Assembly: GCA_964499705.1 (NCBI GenBank)
Contig: CAZCME010000011.1
Location: 1 to 64,000 of the forward strand
Length of the DNA: 64,000 nucleotides
Direction: 5' to 3'
From: an uncultured bacterium
GTDB lineage: Bacteria > UBA8481
Positions within the stretch are counted from its first letter, which is position 1. Every line of letters starts with the position of its first letter. Positions 30,255 through 39,713 of this stretch are shown in pieces. Made by a program: the position numbers and the translations under genes. The notes under the pieces were generated by a model. It was not told where the DNA came from and ran no database searches. It worked only from the letters and a program-made list of their open reading frames with translations.

Positions 30255-31502
30255 TCAGCTCTCCCGCACGTTGTAGATCACGAACCCGTCCTTCAGCTTC
30301 GGCTCGAACCAGGTCGATTTCGGAGGCATGATCTCCCCCGCATCGGAGATCGCCATCAGTTCATCGAGCGACGTCGGATACAGCGAGAACGCGACCGCTT
30401 CTTTTCCGCCCGCGTTCGACTCCGCGACGCGGCGCTCCAGTTCCGCCGTTCCGCGGATCCCGCCGACGAAGTCGATCCGCTTGTCGCGCCGGGGATCGAC
30501 GATGCCGAGTATCGGAGCCAGGAGGTTCTCCTGGAGAATCGAGACGTCGAGGCTCTTCACAGGACTGGCCTCGTCGAATGTGCCGGGCTTCGGAGCCAGG
30601 CCGCGCCAGTGGCCGTCGAGGTAGAGCGCAATCTCGTGACGGCGCGCGGGCGAAGGCTGCGCGGTGGACGTAAGCGTGAACTTCTCGGAGATACGGTCCA
30701 GGAGCGCAGATCCGGTGTGCCCGTTCAGGCCGAAGACGATCCGGTTGTACGGAAGGATCCGGAGCTGATCGTGCGGAAAGATGACGGCGAGGAAATAATT
30801 GTAGGCTTCCGTTCCCGTGTGCGCCGCATGGGACGCGCGTTTTCGCGCGCCGACCTTCGAATAGGACGCCGCGCGGTGATGGCCGTCGGCGATGTAGAGC
30901 GCGGGGATTCGCGCGAACGCCGCGGCCAGTTCTCCCGGGTTTTCCACGACCCAGATCTCGTTCCTGACGCCGTCATACGTCGTCAGGTCGTAATGCGATG
31001 GTTCCGTCGTGATCTTCGCGACGAGCGCATCGATCACGGCCTCCTTGCGGTGCACAAGGAAGACGGGACCCGTGTGCGCCTCGAGCGCTTCCGTGTGCTT
31101 CGTCCTGTCCTCCTCCTTGTCCGCGCGCGTCAGTTCGTGCTTTTTGATGAGCCCGCTCTCGTATTCATGAACGGAGGCTCCTGCCAGGACGCCCGTCTGG
31201 CTGCGCCCCTCCCGCGTCAGGCGATAGATATAGAGAACGGGATTCTCGTCCCGGACGAAGTAACCCTTGTCCATGAAGAGGTTGAAGTTCTCCCTCGCCT
31301 TCGCATATACGGTCGGATCATACAGGTCGATCGAGGGATCGAGATCGATCTCCGGCTTGGAGACATGCAACCACGACTGCGGATTTCCATCGGCAAGATC
31401 GCGGGCCTCCTCGGAGGAGAGCACATCGTACGGCGGAGCGACAACGCGGGAGGCAATATCGGTTCGCGGACGGATGCCGCGGAAGGGATGAATGTCGGAC
31501 AT
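30255..31502 (-). CDS. DUF1015 family protein
   Basis: APPYDV, IKKHELT, YIADGHHR, MPPKSTWFEPKL. Confidence 0.9.
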   Translation of the reverse strand: MSDIHPFRGIRPRTDIASRVVAPPYDVLSSEEARDLADGNPQSWLHVSKPEIDLDPSIDLYDPTVYAKARENFNLFMDKGYFVRDENPVLYIYRLTREGRSQTGVLAGASVHEYESGLIKKHELTRADKEEDRTKHTEALEAHTGPVFLVHRKEAVIDALVAKITTEPSHYDLTTYDGVRNEIWVVENPGELAAAFARIPALYIADGHHRAASYSKVGARKRASHAAHTGTEAYNYFLAVIFPHDQLRILPYNRIVFGLNGHTGSALLDRISEKFTLTSTAQPSPARRHEIALYLDGHWRGLAPKPGTFDEASPVKSLDVSILQENLLAPILGIVDPRRDKRIDFVGGIRGTAELERRVAESNAGGKEAVAFSLYPTSLDELMAISDAGEIMPPKSTWFEPKLKDGFVIYNVRES

Positions 31503-31540
31503 GGGGAAATATTAGATCCGATTTCCTATCTTGGGAATTC

Positions 31541-31589
31541 GATTTTAGATTTTAGATTTTAGATTTTAGATTTCAGATCTTGGATTCCA
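31541..31589. repeat. Heptamer tandem array (GATTTTA)4 plus 3 degenerate units, single arm
   Basis: Read directly; overlaps the stop of the DUF4126 gene. Confidence 0.9.
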
Positions 31590-32187
31590 GTTTAGTTCTC
31601 CGCCTGCGCAGGATCCGCATCGAGATGAAGACGACGAGAACGATCACTCCCGCCAGCGCCACGACGGGGAAGATGATCGCCATGACCGACAACAGCACCG
31701 TCAGGATATCCTCGATGACGGAAATGACCGGCGCGGCGAAGCCGAGGGTCGCCGTGTTCGCCACGAGCCTTCCCTTTGCTTTCGCGAGGCCGATCCCGCC
31801 GGCGATCGATCCTCCCGCCACCGCTCCCACGACGCAGGCGATGAGCGGATCGAGGGTCACGAGGGGCGCCGCCATGATAAGTGCGCCGACGACGGGCTTC
31901 ACGAAGATGCCGATCGCATCAAGCGCGTGATCGACGACGGGAAACTTGTCGCCGATGAACTCCAGGATCACGGCGACCGTGAAGGTGATGAGCGCGGCGT
32001 TGGAGGAGAGCCACTCGAAACTTCCATTCAGGGGCAAAATATCCAGGCGGGCCGCCCATGACAGCAGGCAGAGCGGAAGGAAGACGCGGAAACCGGTCGC
32101 GCCGGCAAGGCAAAGCCCCATGGTGACCGGAACCACGAGCGCCTTCAGGAACTCGATGTCTAGACCCGCTTCAGGCAATGCACGCAC
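31573..32187 (-). CDS. DUF4126 domain membrane protein
   Basis: GFRVFLPL, EFIGDKFPVVDHALD, SVIED. Confidence 0.85.
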   Translation of the reverse strand: MRALPEAGLDIEFLKALVVPVTMGLCLAGATGFRVFLPLCLLSWAARLDILPLNGSFEWLSSNAALITFTVAVILEFIGDKFPVVDHALDAIGIFVKPVVGALIMAAPLVTLDPLIACVVGAVAGGSIAGGIGLAKAKGRLVANTATLGFAAPVISVIEDILTVLLSVMAIIFPVVALAGVIVLVVFISMRILRRRRTKLESKI

Positions 32188-32396
32188 CCCTTAATGACGA
32201 TCCGCTCGCGCCCTTCCTTTTTGACGCCCGTCCGTTCCGCCAGGATATTCTCGCCGATCTTCAGCTCATGTCCGCATATCGGACAGGCGCGCATCAGGAC
32301 AAGCGGCTCTTTTGTCGGGCCCGACTTGAAGATGAAGAGAGCCGCGACGATGAGGAGAGTGAGAAAGACGGCCGCGACGATGGCGACTTCGAACAA
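32160..32396 (-). CDS. Small membrane-anchored zinc-ribbon protein
   Basis: N-terminal TM, CPIC...CVHC. Confidence 0.65.
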   Translation of the reverse strand: MFEVAIVAAVFLTLLIVAALFIFKSGPTKEPLVLMRACPICGHELKIGENILAERTGVKKEGRERIVIKGCVHCLKRV

Positions 32397-32420
32397 GGAA
32401 TGCTCCCGCGCATCCTTCGC

Positions 32421-35288
32421 CTACTGGGGCTTCTCGGCGTCCTTGATCTCGAACCACTGCCGGTCCACCAGCTCGCCGCTCTTCATCTCCTTGCCCCATT
32501 CCTGGTCCAGAGCTTCCTGCTCGCTTCGGGCTTCCGTCAGGCGCCGGCGCAGATCCTCCAGCTGCTGCTGCTCGAAAGACTGCACTCGCTGCAATAGGGT
32601 CCGCCCGTTCTCCTCGCGCAACTTCGCGAGTCCCGCTCGCATCGCCGCAAGCTGCCGCTCCATCTTCGTCATCTCGCGGCGCTTATCCTCCACTTCGGTC
32701 CGCACCTTCCGGAGCTCATCGTTCGTGACGCCGGCGCGTTCTTCCGTCGACCAGTCCTCGCGCAGTTGCTGGAATTCCACGCGCGCATCGGCCAGCAGGC
32801 GGTCGAGATTCTCGCGCTCGCGCGCCTCCTTCAGGCGGAGCATGTCCCGCAGATCCCGCAGGTCCGCCGCTCCACGCATGGCGCGCTCGCGCTCCATGCT
32901 CGTCAGCTCCGCTTCCAGCACTCCCAGCCGATCACGGGCGGCACCAGCCGTCCGTTCGCTCTCTTCGCGCCGCCGTTCCAGCTCGACGCGTTCCGCTTCC
33001 AGGCGCGCGCGGCGCGCCGTCAGTTCCGACTCGGTCTCGCGGAGCCGGCCGAGGAGGCTTTCCTTCTCGATGACGGCGGTCTGCAATGTCTCCAGACGCG
33101 CATGAAACGATTCCCATTCGTTCTTCGCCAGGGCGGTCCGGTCGCCGGCGATCGTCGTCTCTTCCTTCAGGCGCGCGAGCTCCCGCACGGAAGCGCTCTT
33201 CAGGACATTCATCTCGTCGATCTCCGCGTGAGCCCGGTCCACATGAACCTTCGTCTCGGAGAGCTCGCGAAGCGTGGCTTCGAGCGCGACCTCGACTTCA
33301 TGGCGCGCTTCCTGCGCGGAACGCGCGATCGCCTCGTTCTCCTCCCGAAGAGAACGCGCGGCTTCGATCGCGCTCTCCTTCTCCTGTTCCAACGCCTCGA
33401 GCTCCGACCGCCGGACGCTAATGGCTTCCTCCAGCGAAAGATTCTGCTGTTCCATCTCCGCGATCCTGGCCTGGGCCGCCGTAGCCTGGCTCGTGAAGTT
33501 CGCGAGATCGCTCTCGACCTGCAGATACGAATCCAGGACGTTGCCCCGGAGACGGCGCAGTTCCTCGATCGCGCCCTCGTGCACGCCCCGCTCGCGCTTC
33601 AAGGCATCGACTTCGCACTGGAGCGAACGGAGGTCGACGGAATGCGTCGCGAGCTGACCCGTCTTGTCCGCGATCTCCGACGCCAGGCTCGTCTTCTCGG
33701 CGAGCAGTTCGAAGATGCGCGCTTCTTCCGTGACGATCTGCGTCCGGATTTCCTCGCGCTCGCGGCGGTACTCGGCAAGCCGCTCGGATTCCTCGTAGCA
33801 GAGCACCGTGATCGATTTCAGCTCGGTCTTGATCTCCTCGGCGCGCGATCGCGTCTCCTCGACGGCCGCCCGCGCCGCGGCAAGTTCCGCGTCGACGCGC
33901 GCCTCCTCGCCCAGTTTCTCGATGAGCCCCGCGATGTCGCTCTCGCGGCTGCGGAGCCGGTCGGTGATCTCCGTGATGACGGAGAGTCCCTCCCGCCTCG
34001 TCTCGGCGTCGGCCTCGCGCGCTTCCGTCCAGACCGCGGTCATCGACCGCATGTCGGCGAGCGTGGACTTGATGTTCTCGAAAGCATTGGAGACCTGCTC
34101 GCCGAGCATCGCCTGCGCCAGGAGTCGTTTCTCCTCCAGGTCGGCCGTCTCCGCTCGGATCATGGAGAGCCGCTCGGAGACGAGCTTGATCTCCGCGTCG
34201 TGCGCGTTGCGCTGCATCCGGAACTTCTCGAGCTCGGATCGGACGGCGGCGATATCCTTGTCGATGACGGTCCGCTCGGCCTTCAGGCGCTCGATCTCCT
34301 CCAGCCGCAGCTCGATCGTGGAGACCTCCTCGCGAATTGTGCTCAGGCGGGTTTCGTTCGCCTCGATTTCCCGGCGAATGGTGTCCAGCGATGTTCCGGT
34401 CCGCTCGAATTCGGCGGAGCGTTCCGCGCAGCCGGAGGCGAGATCGTCGAGGTTCTTCCGGCGCAAAGCGACTTCCTCGTCGAGGGAGATGATCTCGTTC
34501 TGGAGCCCGATCCTGCGGTCGGACAGCTCTCGCGCGGCCGCTTCGGATTCGGCCTTGCTCCCGGCCAAAGCGGCTCGATCCTTTTCCAGGGATCCGGCCA
34601 GCTCGTTTCTCTCGACGACGCTCGATTCAATATCGGCATTCACCAGCTCGAGCTCTTTGCGGCGCGCGACGACATCGGCGGTCACGCGCTCGAGGTCCTT
34701 CCCGCGCGATGCAATGTCCTCGTTCAGCTTCTTCGACTGGAGAAGTTTCTCGTCGGCGGCCTTCAGTTCAGCGCGCCTGGCGGCGAGGTCCTTCTCGAGT
34801 CCGGCGATCTCGGCAGTGACGGCCTCTTTCTTCTTCGCGGCATCGGTCGCGGCGGAAAGTTCCTTGTTGATCTTTTCCACTTCAGCGCGACGCGCAGCTA
34901 GATCGGCGGAGAGTTTATCGTTCTCCTTCTGGAAATCCGCGCGGGCGGATGTGATCTTCTTCCGGAGATCGGCCAGTTCCGCGGCGAGCTTCTGGGCTTC
35001 GGCTTCGTTCGTGCTCGCGCCATGGGAGGCGCCGGATTCGATCGACGAACCCGGAGCGGCGCCCGCGACGGGACCGGAAACCGCGGCGTTGGGAGAAACA
35101 TTCGAGACATGCTTCTGAAAAATCCGCGCGACGATCGGATGCTCGGACGCCAGCGCCCAGGTGCCCGATCGTTGATCCCAGATAAGTGTCGTGGTGTCGA
35201 TTTTTCCTTCGAGAACCATCCGGTTCGTCTCGTCCAGATTAACCGGCCCGTAAGCCTGACCTTCGCGTGCTATGTAGAATTCCTGCAT
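32421..35288 (-). CDS. GYF_2 (DUF4339) domain plus very long coiled-coil protein
   Basis: FYIAREGQAYGPV..TLIW...W; about 850 aa of heptad-rich sequence; SD GGAGG/AAGGA. Confidence 0.8.
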   Translation of the reverse strand: MQEFYIAREGQAYGPVNLDETNRMVLEGKIDTTTLIWDQRSGTWALASEHPIVARIFQKHVSNVSPNAAVSGPVAGAAPGSSIESGASHGASTNEAEAQKLAAELADLRKKITSARADFQKENDKLSADLAARRAEVEKINKELSAATDAAKKKEAVTAEIAGLEKDLAARRAELKAADEKLLQSKKLNEDIASRGKDLERVTADVVARRKELELVNADIESSVVERNELAGSLEKDRAALAGSKAESEAAARELSDRRIGLQNEIISLDEEVALRRKNLDDLASGCAERSAEFERTGTSLDTIRREIEANETRLSTIREEVSTIELRLEEIERLKAERTVIDKDIAAVRSELEKFRMQRNAHDAEIKLVSERLSMIRAETADLEEKRLLAQAMLGEQVSNAFENIKSTLADMRSMTAVWTEAREADAETRREGLSVITEITDRLRSRESDIAGLIEKLGEEARVDAELAAARAAVEETRSRAEEIKTELKSITVLCYEESERLAEYRREREEIRTQIVTEEARIFELLAEKTSLASEIADKTGQLATHSVDLRSLQCEVDALKRERGVHEGAIEELRRLRGNVLDSYLQVESDLANFTSQATAAQARIAEMEQQNLSLEEAISVRRSELEALEQEKESAIEAARSLREENEAIARSAQEARHEVEVALEATLRELSETKVHVDRAHAEIDEMNVLKSASVRELARLKEETTIAGDRTALAKNEWESFHARLETLQTAVIEKESLLGRLRETESELTARRARLEAERVELERRREESERTAGAARDRLGVLEAELTSMERERAMRGAADLRDLRDMLRLKEARERENLDRLLADARVEFQQLREDWSTEERAGVTNDELRKVRTEVEDKRREMTKMERQLAAMRAGLAKLREENGRTLLQRVQSFEQQQLEDLRRRLTEARSEQEALDQEWGKEMKSGELVDRQWFEIKDAEKPQ

Positions 35289-35483
35289 TCCTTTAACCTC
35301 CCCGGTCTTCCCCATAACATCATCGTAAATGCCTAATTTTGTGTCAATCATGAATTGCTGGAAATTATTTGAAATCAACGGGGCAGGCACCCGCCGTTTT
35401 TCGTTGCACCTCAGCCGGGCATGCCTTAGAAAGAACAGCCGCAGTCTATTTTCGCGCCAGAGCTTCTGTGCGGGAGGTCATTC

Positions 35484-36911
35484 ATGAACACACTCATCAA
35501 GGGTGCCAGGGTTGTCACGGCTTCGGATTCGTTCGACGCCGATGTCAGGATCACGGGCGAATCCGTCTCCGAAATCGGCAAGGGTCTGAGCGCTGCGGGC
35601 GGAGACAAGGTCATCGACGCCAACGGCCGCTGGCTCATCCCCGGAGGTATCGATCCGCACGTTCACCTGGAGCTTCCCTTCATGGGCACGGTCTCCCGCG
35701 ACGACTTCGACTCCGGCACCGCCGCCGCGCTCGCCGGCGGAACGACCTGCCTCATCGACTTCGCGATTCCTCCGAAGGGCCAGACGCTTTCGAGCGCGAT
35801 GCAGGCATGGGACGCCAAGTCAAAGCCGAAAGCGCGCTGCGATTTCGCCTATCACATGGCGGTGACGGACTGGAGCGACGACATCGAGCGGGAAATCCCG
35901 AAGGTCGTGAACGAGTTCGGCATCAACTCCTTCAAGATCTTCCTCGCCTATATGGGCGTTCTCGGCGTCGACGACAACCAGGCCTTCAAGATCTGTCGCG
36001 CCGTCAAGCGCGCGGGCGGGATCGTCACGGTCCATGCCGTCAACGGAAACGTTCTCGTCGCGATGGCGGAGGAGATGTGCAAAAACGGACAGACCGATCC
36101 GATCTATCATGCGCTCTCCCAGCCGCCGGCCGCCGAAGGCGAAGCCGCGGGCCGGATCATCCGCTTCACGGAAATCAACGGCGGCGCGATCTACATCGTC
36201 CACACCACCGTCATCGACGCCTTGCAGGAAATCGCCGCGGGCCGCGCGCGAGGCCGGGCCACGATCATCGGCGAAACCTGCACCCAGTATTTCTTCCTCT
36301 CGCAGGATCTGTACGAGCTGCCGAACTGGGAAGGAGCGAAATACGTTCTCTCGCCGCCGATCAGGCCGCGCGAGCATTGCGACGCCATGTGGAAGGCCCT
36401 GAACGACCGGACAATCCAGGTCATCGGCACGGATCATTGCTCCTTCGATTTCAACGGCCAGAAAAATCTCACCGGCAAGACCGCCGACGGCAAACCGTTC
36501 GACGCGAAGAAAGATTTCCGCTTCATCCCGAACGGCTTCAACGGTCTCGAGGAGCGCCTTGCGATGATGTACACGTACGGCGTCAAAGAGGGCAGGATCT
36601 CGCCCGAACGCTGGGTGGAGACTTGCTGCACGAACGCGGCGAAGGTCTTCGGCCTTCCGAAGAAGGGAACGATCGCGGTCGGCGCCGACGCCGATCTCGT
36701 CCTCTGGGATCCCGATGCCTCCGGCGTCATCAGCGCCAAGACGCACAAATCACGCTCGGACTATAACGTGTATGAGGGCTACAAGATCGGCGGCAAGGCT
36801 TCCGTCACGTTCGTCCGCGGCAATGTCGCCTATGAAAACGGCGAAGTCATCGCGGCACCGGGAACTGGCCGATACGTGAAGCGGGGGAAATTCTCCGCGA
36901 AATCCATCTGA
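35484..36911 (+). CDS. hydA: Dihydropyrimidinase / D-hydantoinase family amidohydrolase
   Basis: PGGIDPHVH, GGTT, SFKIFLAY, VHA, SPPIR, TDHCSF, IPNG, GADADLV. Confidence 0.92.
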   Translation: MNTLIKGARVVTASDSFDADVRITGESVSEIGKGLSAAGGDKVIDANGRWLIPGGIDPHVHLELPFMGTVSRDDFDSGTAAALAGGTTCLIDFAIPPKGQTLSSAMQAWDAKSKPKARCDFAYHMAVTDWSDDIEREIPKVVNEFGINSFKIFLAYMGVLGVDDNQAFKICRAVKRAGGIVTVHAVNGNVLVAMAEEMCKNGQTDPIYHALSQPPAAEGEAAGRIIRFTEINGGAIYIVHTTVIDALQEIAAGRARGRATIIGETCTQYFFLSQDLYELPNWEGAKYVLSPPIRPREHCDAMWKALNDRTIQVIGTDHCSFDFNGQKNLTGKTADGKPFDAKKDFRFIPNGFNGLEERLAMMYTYGVKEGRISPERWVETCCTNAAKVFGLPKKGTIAVGADADLVLWDPDASGVISAKTHKSRSDYNVYEGYKIGGKASVTFVRGNVAYENGEVIAAPGTGRYVKRGKFSAKSI

Positions 36912-36938
36912 TCATGAAGGAATGAATCTTTCCCCGGC

Positions 36939-37853
36939 GTGAAAGTACGGTTCAAGGAATACGAAATCCCCATTCCGATTGTCACAATCGCTCTGGTGGC
37001 CCTGAATCTTTTCGTCCAGGTTTACGCATCCTACCTCGGCGTTCTCGGAGTTCCGCCTTCCATCAACAAGGACCTGAAATCGATGGAGGAGGAATACGAC
37101 GCCGAGGCGCAGGCGCTGTACAAGCAGATCAGCGCCGAATACACGGCCGCCCTGCGCTCGGGCGGATCGACCGAGGGATTCCAGAAACGCTACGAGGACG
37201 GCATCCACGATCTCGAGAGGAAATATTCCCGCAAGGCGCAGCCTCTCCTCGATGGCGTCCCGTTCATTGGATTTCTACGGACCTTCGGCGTCTACCCCGA
37301 CCGCTACAATCGCGGCATGCAGGAAATCCACGGCAGGCTCCGCTCCGGCGTCGACAAGATTCTCTGGTATGGGGTCACGTTCATCTCGTATCAATATCTG
37401 CACGGCGACTGGAGCCATTTCTTCTGGAACATGGTCTTCCTGCTCCTCTTCGGCCTGACGATCGAGTTCGAAATCGGCAGCCTCCTGTTTCTCGCCTTCT
37501 ACCATCTCGGCGGCATCGCCTCGGCGATCACGCAGGTCGGCATCAATCCCGGCGCCACGACGCTCCTCATCGGAGCCAGTGGATCCATCGCAGCGGTGAT
37601 GGGAGGATTCCTCATCGTGGCTCCCACCGCCCAGATCTCGCTCGGCTGGATCCTCGGTCCGCTGGGCTTTCTCCTCGGCCGCACCTCCGCCGCGATCTTC
37701 CTTCTCATCTGGATCGGCGGCAACTACCTGAACGGCGTCTCATCCCTGGGAGAGGGAGGTACCGGAGGCGTCGCCTGGTTCGCCCACGTCGGAGGATTCG
37801 CCATCGGTGTCGGATGGTTTCTCGCCATGGAGGCGAGGGAGGTTTTCAGATAG
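36939..37853 (+). CDS. Rhomboid family intramembrane serine protease with ~100-aa soluble insert
   Basis: LHGDWSHFFWNM, IGASGSIAAVMG, VAWFAHVGGF. Confidence 0.9.
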   Translation: MKVRFKEYEIPIPIVTIALVALNLFVQVYASYLGVLGVPPSINKDLKSMEEEYDAEAQALYKQISAEYTAALRSGGSTEGFQKRYEDGIHDLERKYSRKAQPLLDGVPFIGFLRTFGVYPDRYNRGMQEIHGRLRSGVDKILWYGVTFISYQYLHGDWSHFFWNMVFLLLFGLTIEFEIGSLLFLAFYHLGGIASAITQVGINPGATTLLIGASGSIAAVMGGFLIVAPTAQISLGWILGPLGFLLGRTSAAIFLLIWIGGNYLNGVSSLGEGGTGGVAWFAHVGGFAIGVGWFLAMEAREVFR

Positions 37854-37952
37854 GGGACATTCTCCAACATTGCAACATTGGCGTTATTGAAGTTACAGGC
37901 CCATCCCTGTAAGTCTATTATTCTGAATGTTGCAATGTTGGAGAATGTCCCC
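37853..37952. repeat. 100-bp palindromic MITE/REP-like element, copy 2
   Basis: 27-bp perfect arms GGGGACATTCTCCAACATTGCAACATT. Confidence 0.9.
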
Positions 37953-39003
37953 TTAACCACCTCTTCACGACCTCCTCGCCTTCCCTGCCCTTCGGAGAAT
38001 AATTCGTCGCTTCCGTTCCCGGCAGGTCCCACTCGTACACAAACGCTCCTGAAAATCCGGGGGTTTTCTTCCAGGCTTCGAAGAACGCCGCGAGGGCCCG
38101 GGCCTGTTCCTCGTCATCACGGGTGGTCTGCATCGTGTAATTCCACGGATACACGGCGCCGCCATCGACGGCGGGACAGCCGATCTCCGTGAAGAGGAGC
38201 GGTTTGCTTTCGGGAAGCCAGTCGAGCAGGTCCTGGCGGACCTTCATCCACGATAATTCCAGATCGGTACGCGTTGCTTCCGAATCGTGTGTCAGTTCGA
38301 AATATCCGGAAATCCCCACCTGATCCAGCAGATCCCAGAACTCGACGACATCGTAATGATCCCAGTTCGCGCTGTAGATCAGTTTTCCCCGGTATTCGCT
38401 CCGGACGCCGGCAATCACTTTCTGCCATCGGGCCCGCTCGCGCTCGGACCAAAGCAGCTCCGATCCCACGGACAAGGACTCCGCGCCTTTCTCATCCGCG
38501 ACACGGGCGAGGTCCTTCAGGAGCGATTCGTAATTCCTCCACCATGCATCCGGATCTTCAGGCTCCATCACGCCCCGCCATTCCCTGTCGCCCGCGGATT
38601 CCAGGAGGACGATCGGAAGCAGATGCACGCGCAGGCCCATTCCGCGAGCCGTTTCGATCGTCCTCGCGATTCGTCGCAAGGAGGGTGTTCGTCCCTTGAC
38701 GCTCCGGGGTTCCGACGACCGGACATCGGCCTGGTACCACGCGATCACCAGCTCGACGCTGTTCGCGCCGAGCTCCCGGATCTCCGCCAGTGCCGGTTCG
38801 TAATCGTAGTTATCGCTGCCCGCGTGAAGTCCGAGTGCCATGCCCCGCACTTCGGCGGACGCATCGATTCGCGGGCGGATTTGCGGCGGACGGCGAAGGA
38901 GAAGGGCCGAGGCGGAAGATTCCGCCGAATCCGTCGTGAAGTACGCGGCGGCGGCAAGGATGATCGAAACGCCGGCGAGGATCGCAACAAGATTTTTTCT
39001 CAT
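37918..39003 (-). CDS. Glycoside hydrolase family 113-like (beta-mannanase type) protein
   Basis: WRG, VGSEL, YSANWD, GISGYF, FTEIG, FVYEW. Confidence 0.82.
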   Translation of the reverse strand: MRKNLVAILAGVSIILAAAAYFTTDSAESSASALLLRRPPQIRPRIDASAEVRGMALGLHAGSDNYDYEPALAEIRELGANSVELVIAWYQADVRSSEPRSVKGRTPSLRRIARTIETARGMGLRVHLLPIVLLESAGDREWRGVMEPEDPDAWWRNYESLLKDLARVADEKGAESLSVGSELLWSERERARWQKVIAGVRSEYRGKLIYSANWDHYDVVEFWDLLDQVGISGYFELTHDSEATRTDLELSWMKVRQDLLDWLPESKPLLFTEIGCPAVDGGAVYPWNYTMQTTRDDEEQARALAAFFEAWKKTPGFSGAFVYEWDLPGTEATNYSPKGREGEEVVKRWLRGHSPTLQHSE

Positions 39004-39713
39004 CGCTTATCCTTCCACCAGAGCACCGCGATCATCCCGAGAATCTTGACGCCCGCGCCGATCGTGCCCTTCACGGTCCCGCTGATCTTCGAGACGCCGA
39101 TCCTCCTGCGATAGCTGACCGGAATTTCCACGACCTTCATCCCCACTTGAATCGCCTTCACCTGCATCTCCACGGTCCAGCCGTACGTCCTGTCCCGCAT
39201 GCCGAGCTTGTCCAGCGCATCGCGGCGGATCGCACGGAACGGGCCGAGGTCGGTCGTGTGGTGCCGCCAGATGCCGCGGATGAGCGCCGAGGCGAGCGCA
39301 TTTCCGAATCTCTGCTGCGGCGTCAATGCTCCGGGTTCCGCGATTCCCAGCGCGCGCGAGCCGATGGCGAGATCCGCTCCGTCCGCGACGGCGCTCACCA
39401 ATCCGGTCGCTTCCTCCGCCGCGTCCGATCGATCCGCATCGGCGAAGAGCACGATATCGACGGTCGAGAGCGCCGCGATTCCGGCCAGGCAGGCCGACCC
39501 GTATCCTCTCCCGGTCTCCGTCACGACGCGCGCTCCCGCTTCCGCGGCCATCGCCGCCGTCCGATCCGTCGACGCGTTGTCGCAGACGACGATCTCGTCG
39601 ATGAGGCGTGTTCCGTCCCGATTCACGCCCAGAAAATCCCGGACGACAAGGCCGACGGATTTTTCCTCGTTCCAGGCGGGGATGACCATCCCGATCCTAG
39701 ATCCCTGAAACAA
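39000..39713 (-). CDS. Glycosyltransferase family 2 (polyprenol-phosphate glycosyltransferase-like)
   Basis: IPAWNEE, DNASTD, GYGSAC, DADRSD, TDLGPFRAI, YGWTVEMQ. Confidence 0.92.
   Translation of the reverse strand: MFQGSRIGMVIPAWNEEKSVGLVVRDFLGVNRDGTRLIDEIVVCDNASTDRTAAMAAEAGARVVTETGRGYGSACLAGIAALSTVDIVLFADADRSDAAEEATGLVSAVADGADLAIGSRALGIAEPGALTPQQRFGNALASALIRGIWRHHTTDLGPFRAIRRDALDKLGMRDRTYGWTVEMQVKAIQVGMKVVEIPVSYRRRIGVSKISGTVKGTIGAGVKILGMIAVLWWKDKR

Noticed and set aside
32766-34901. Long antisense ORFs (e.g. 711 aa here, 656 aa at 42639, 600 aa at 52649, 629 aa at 59169)
   Set aside because: Shadow ORFs expected from high-GC codon bias opposite well-supported genes
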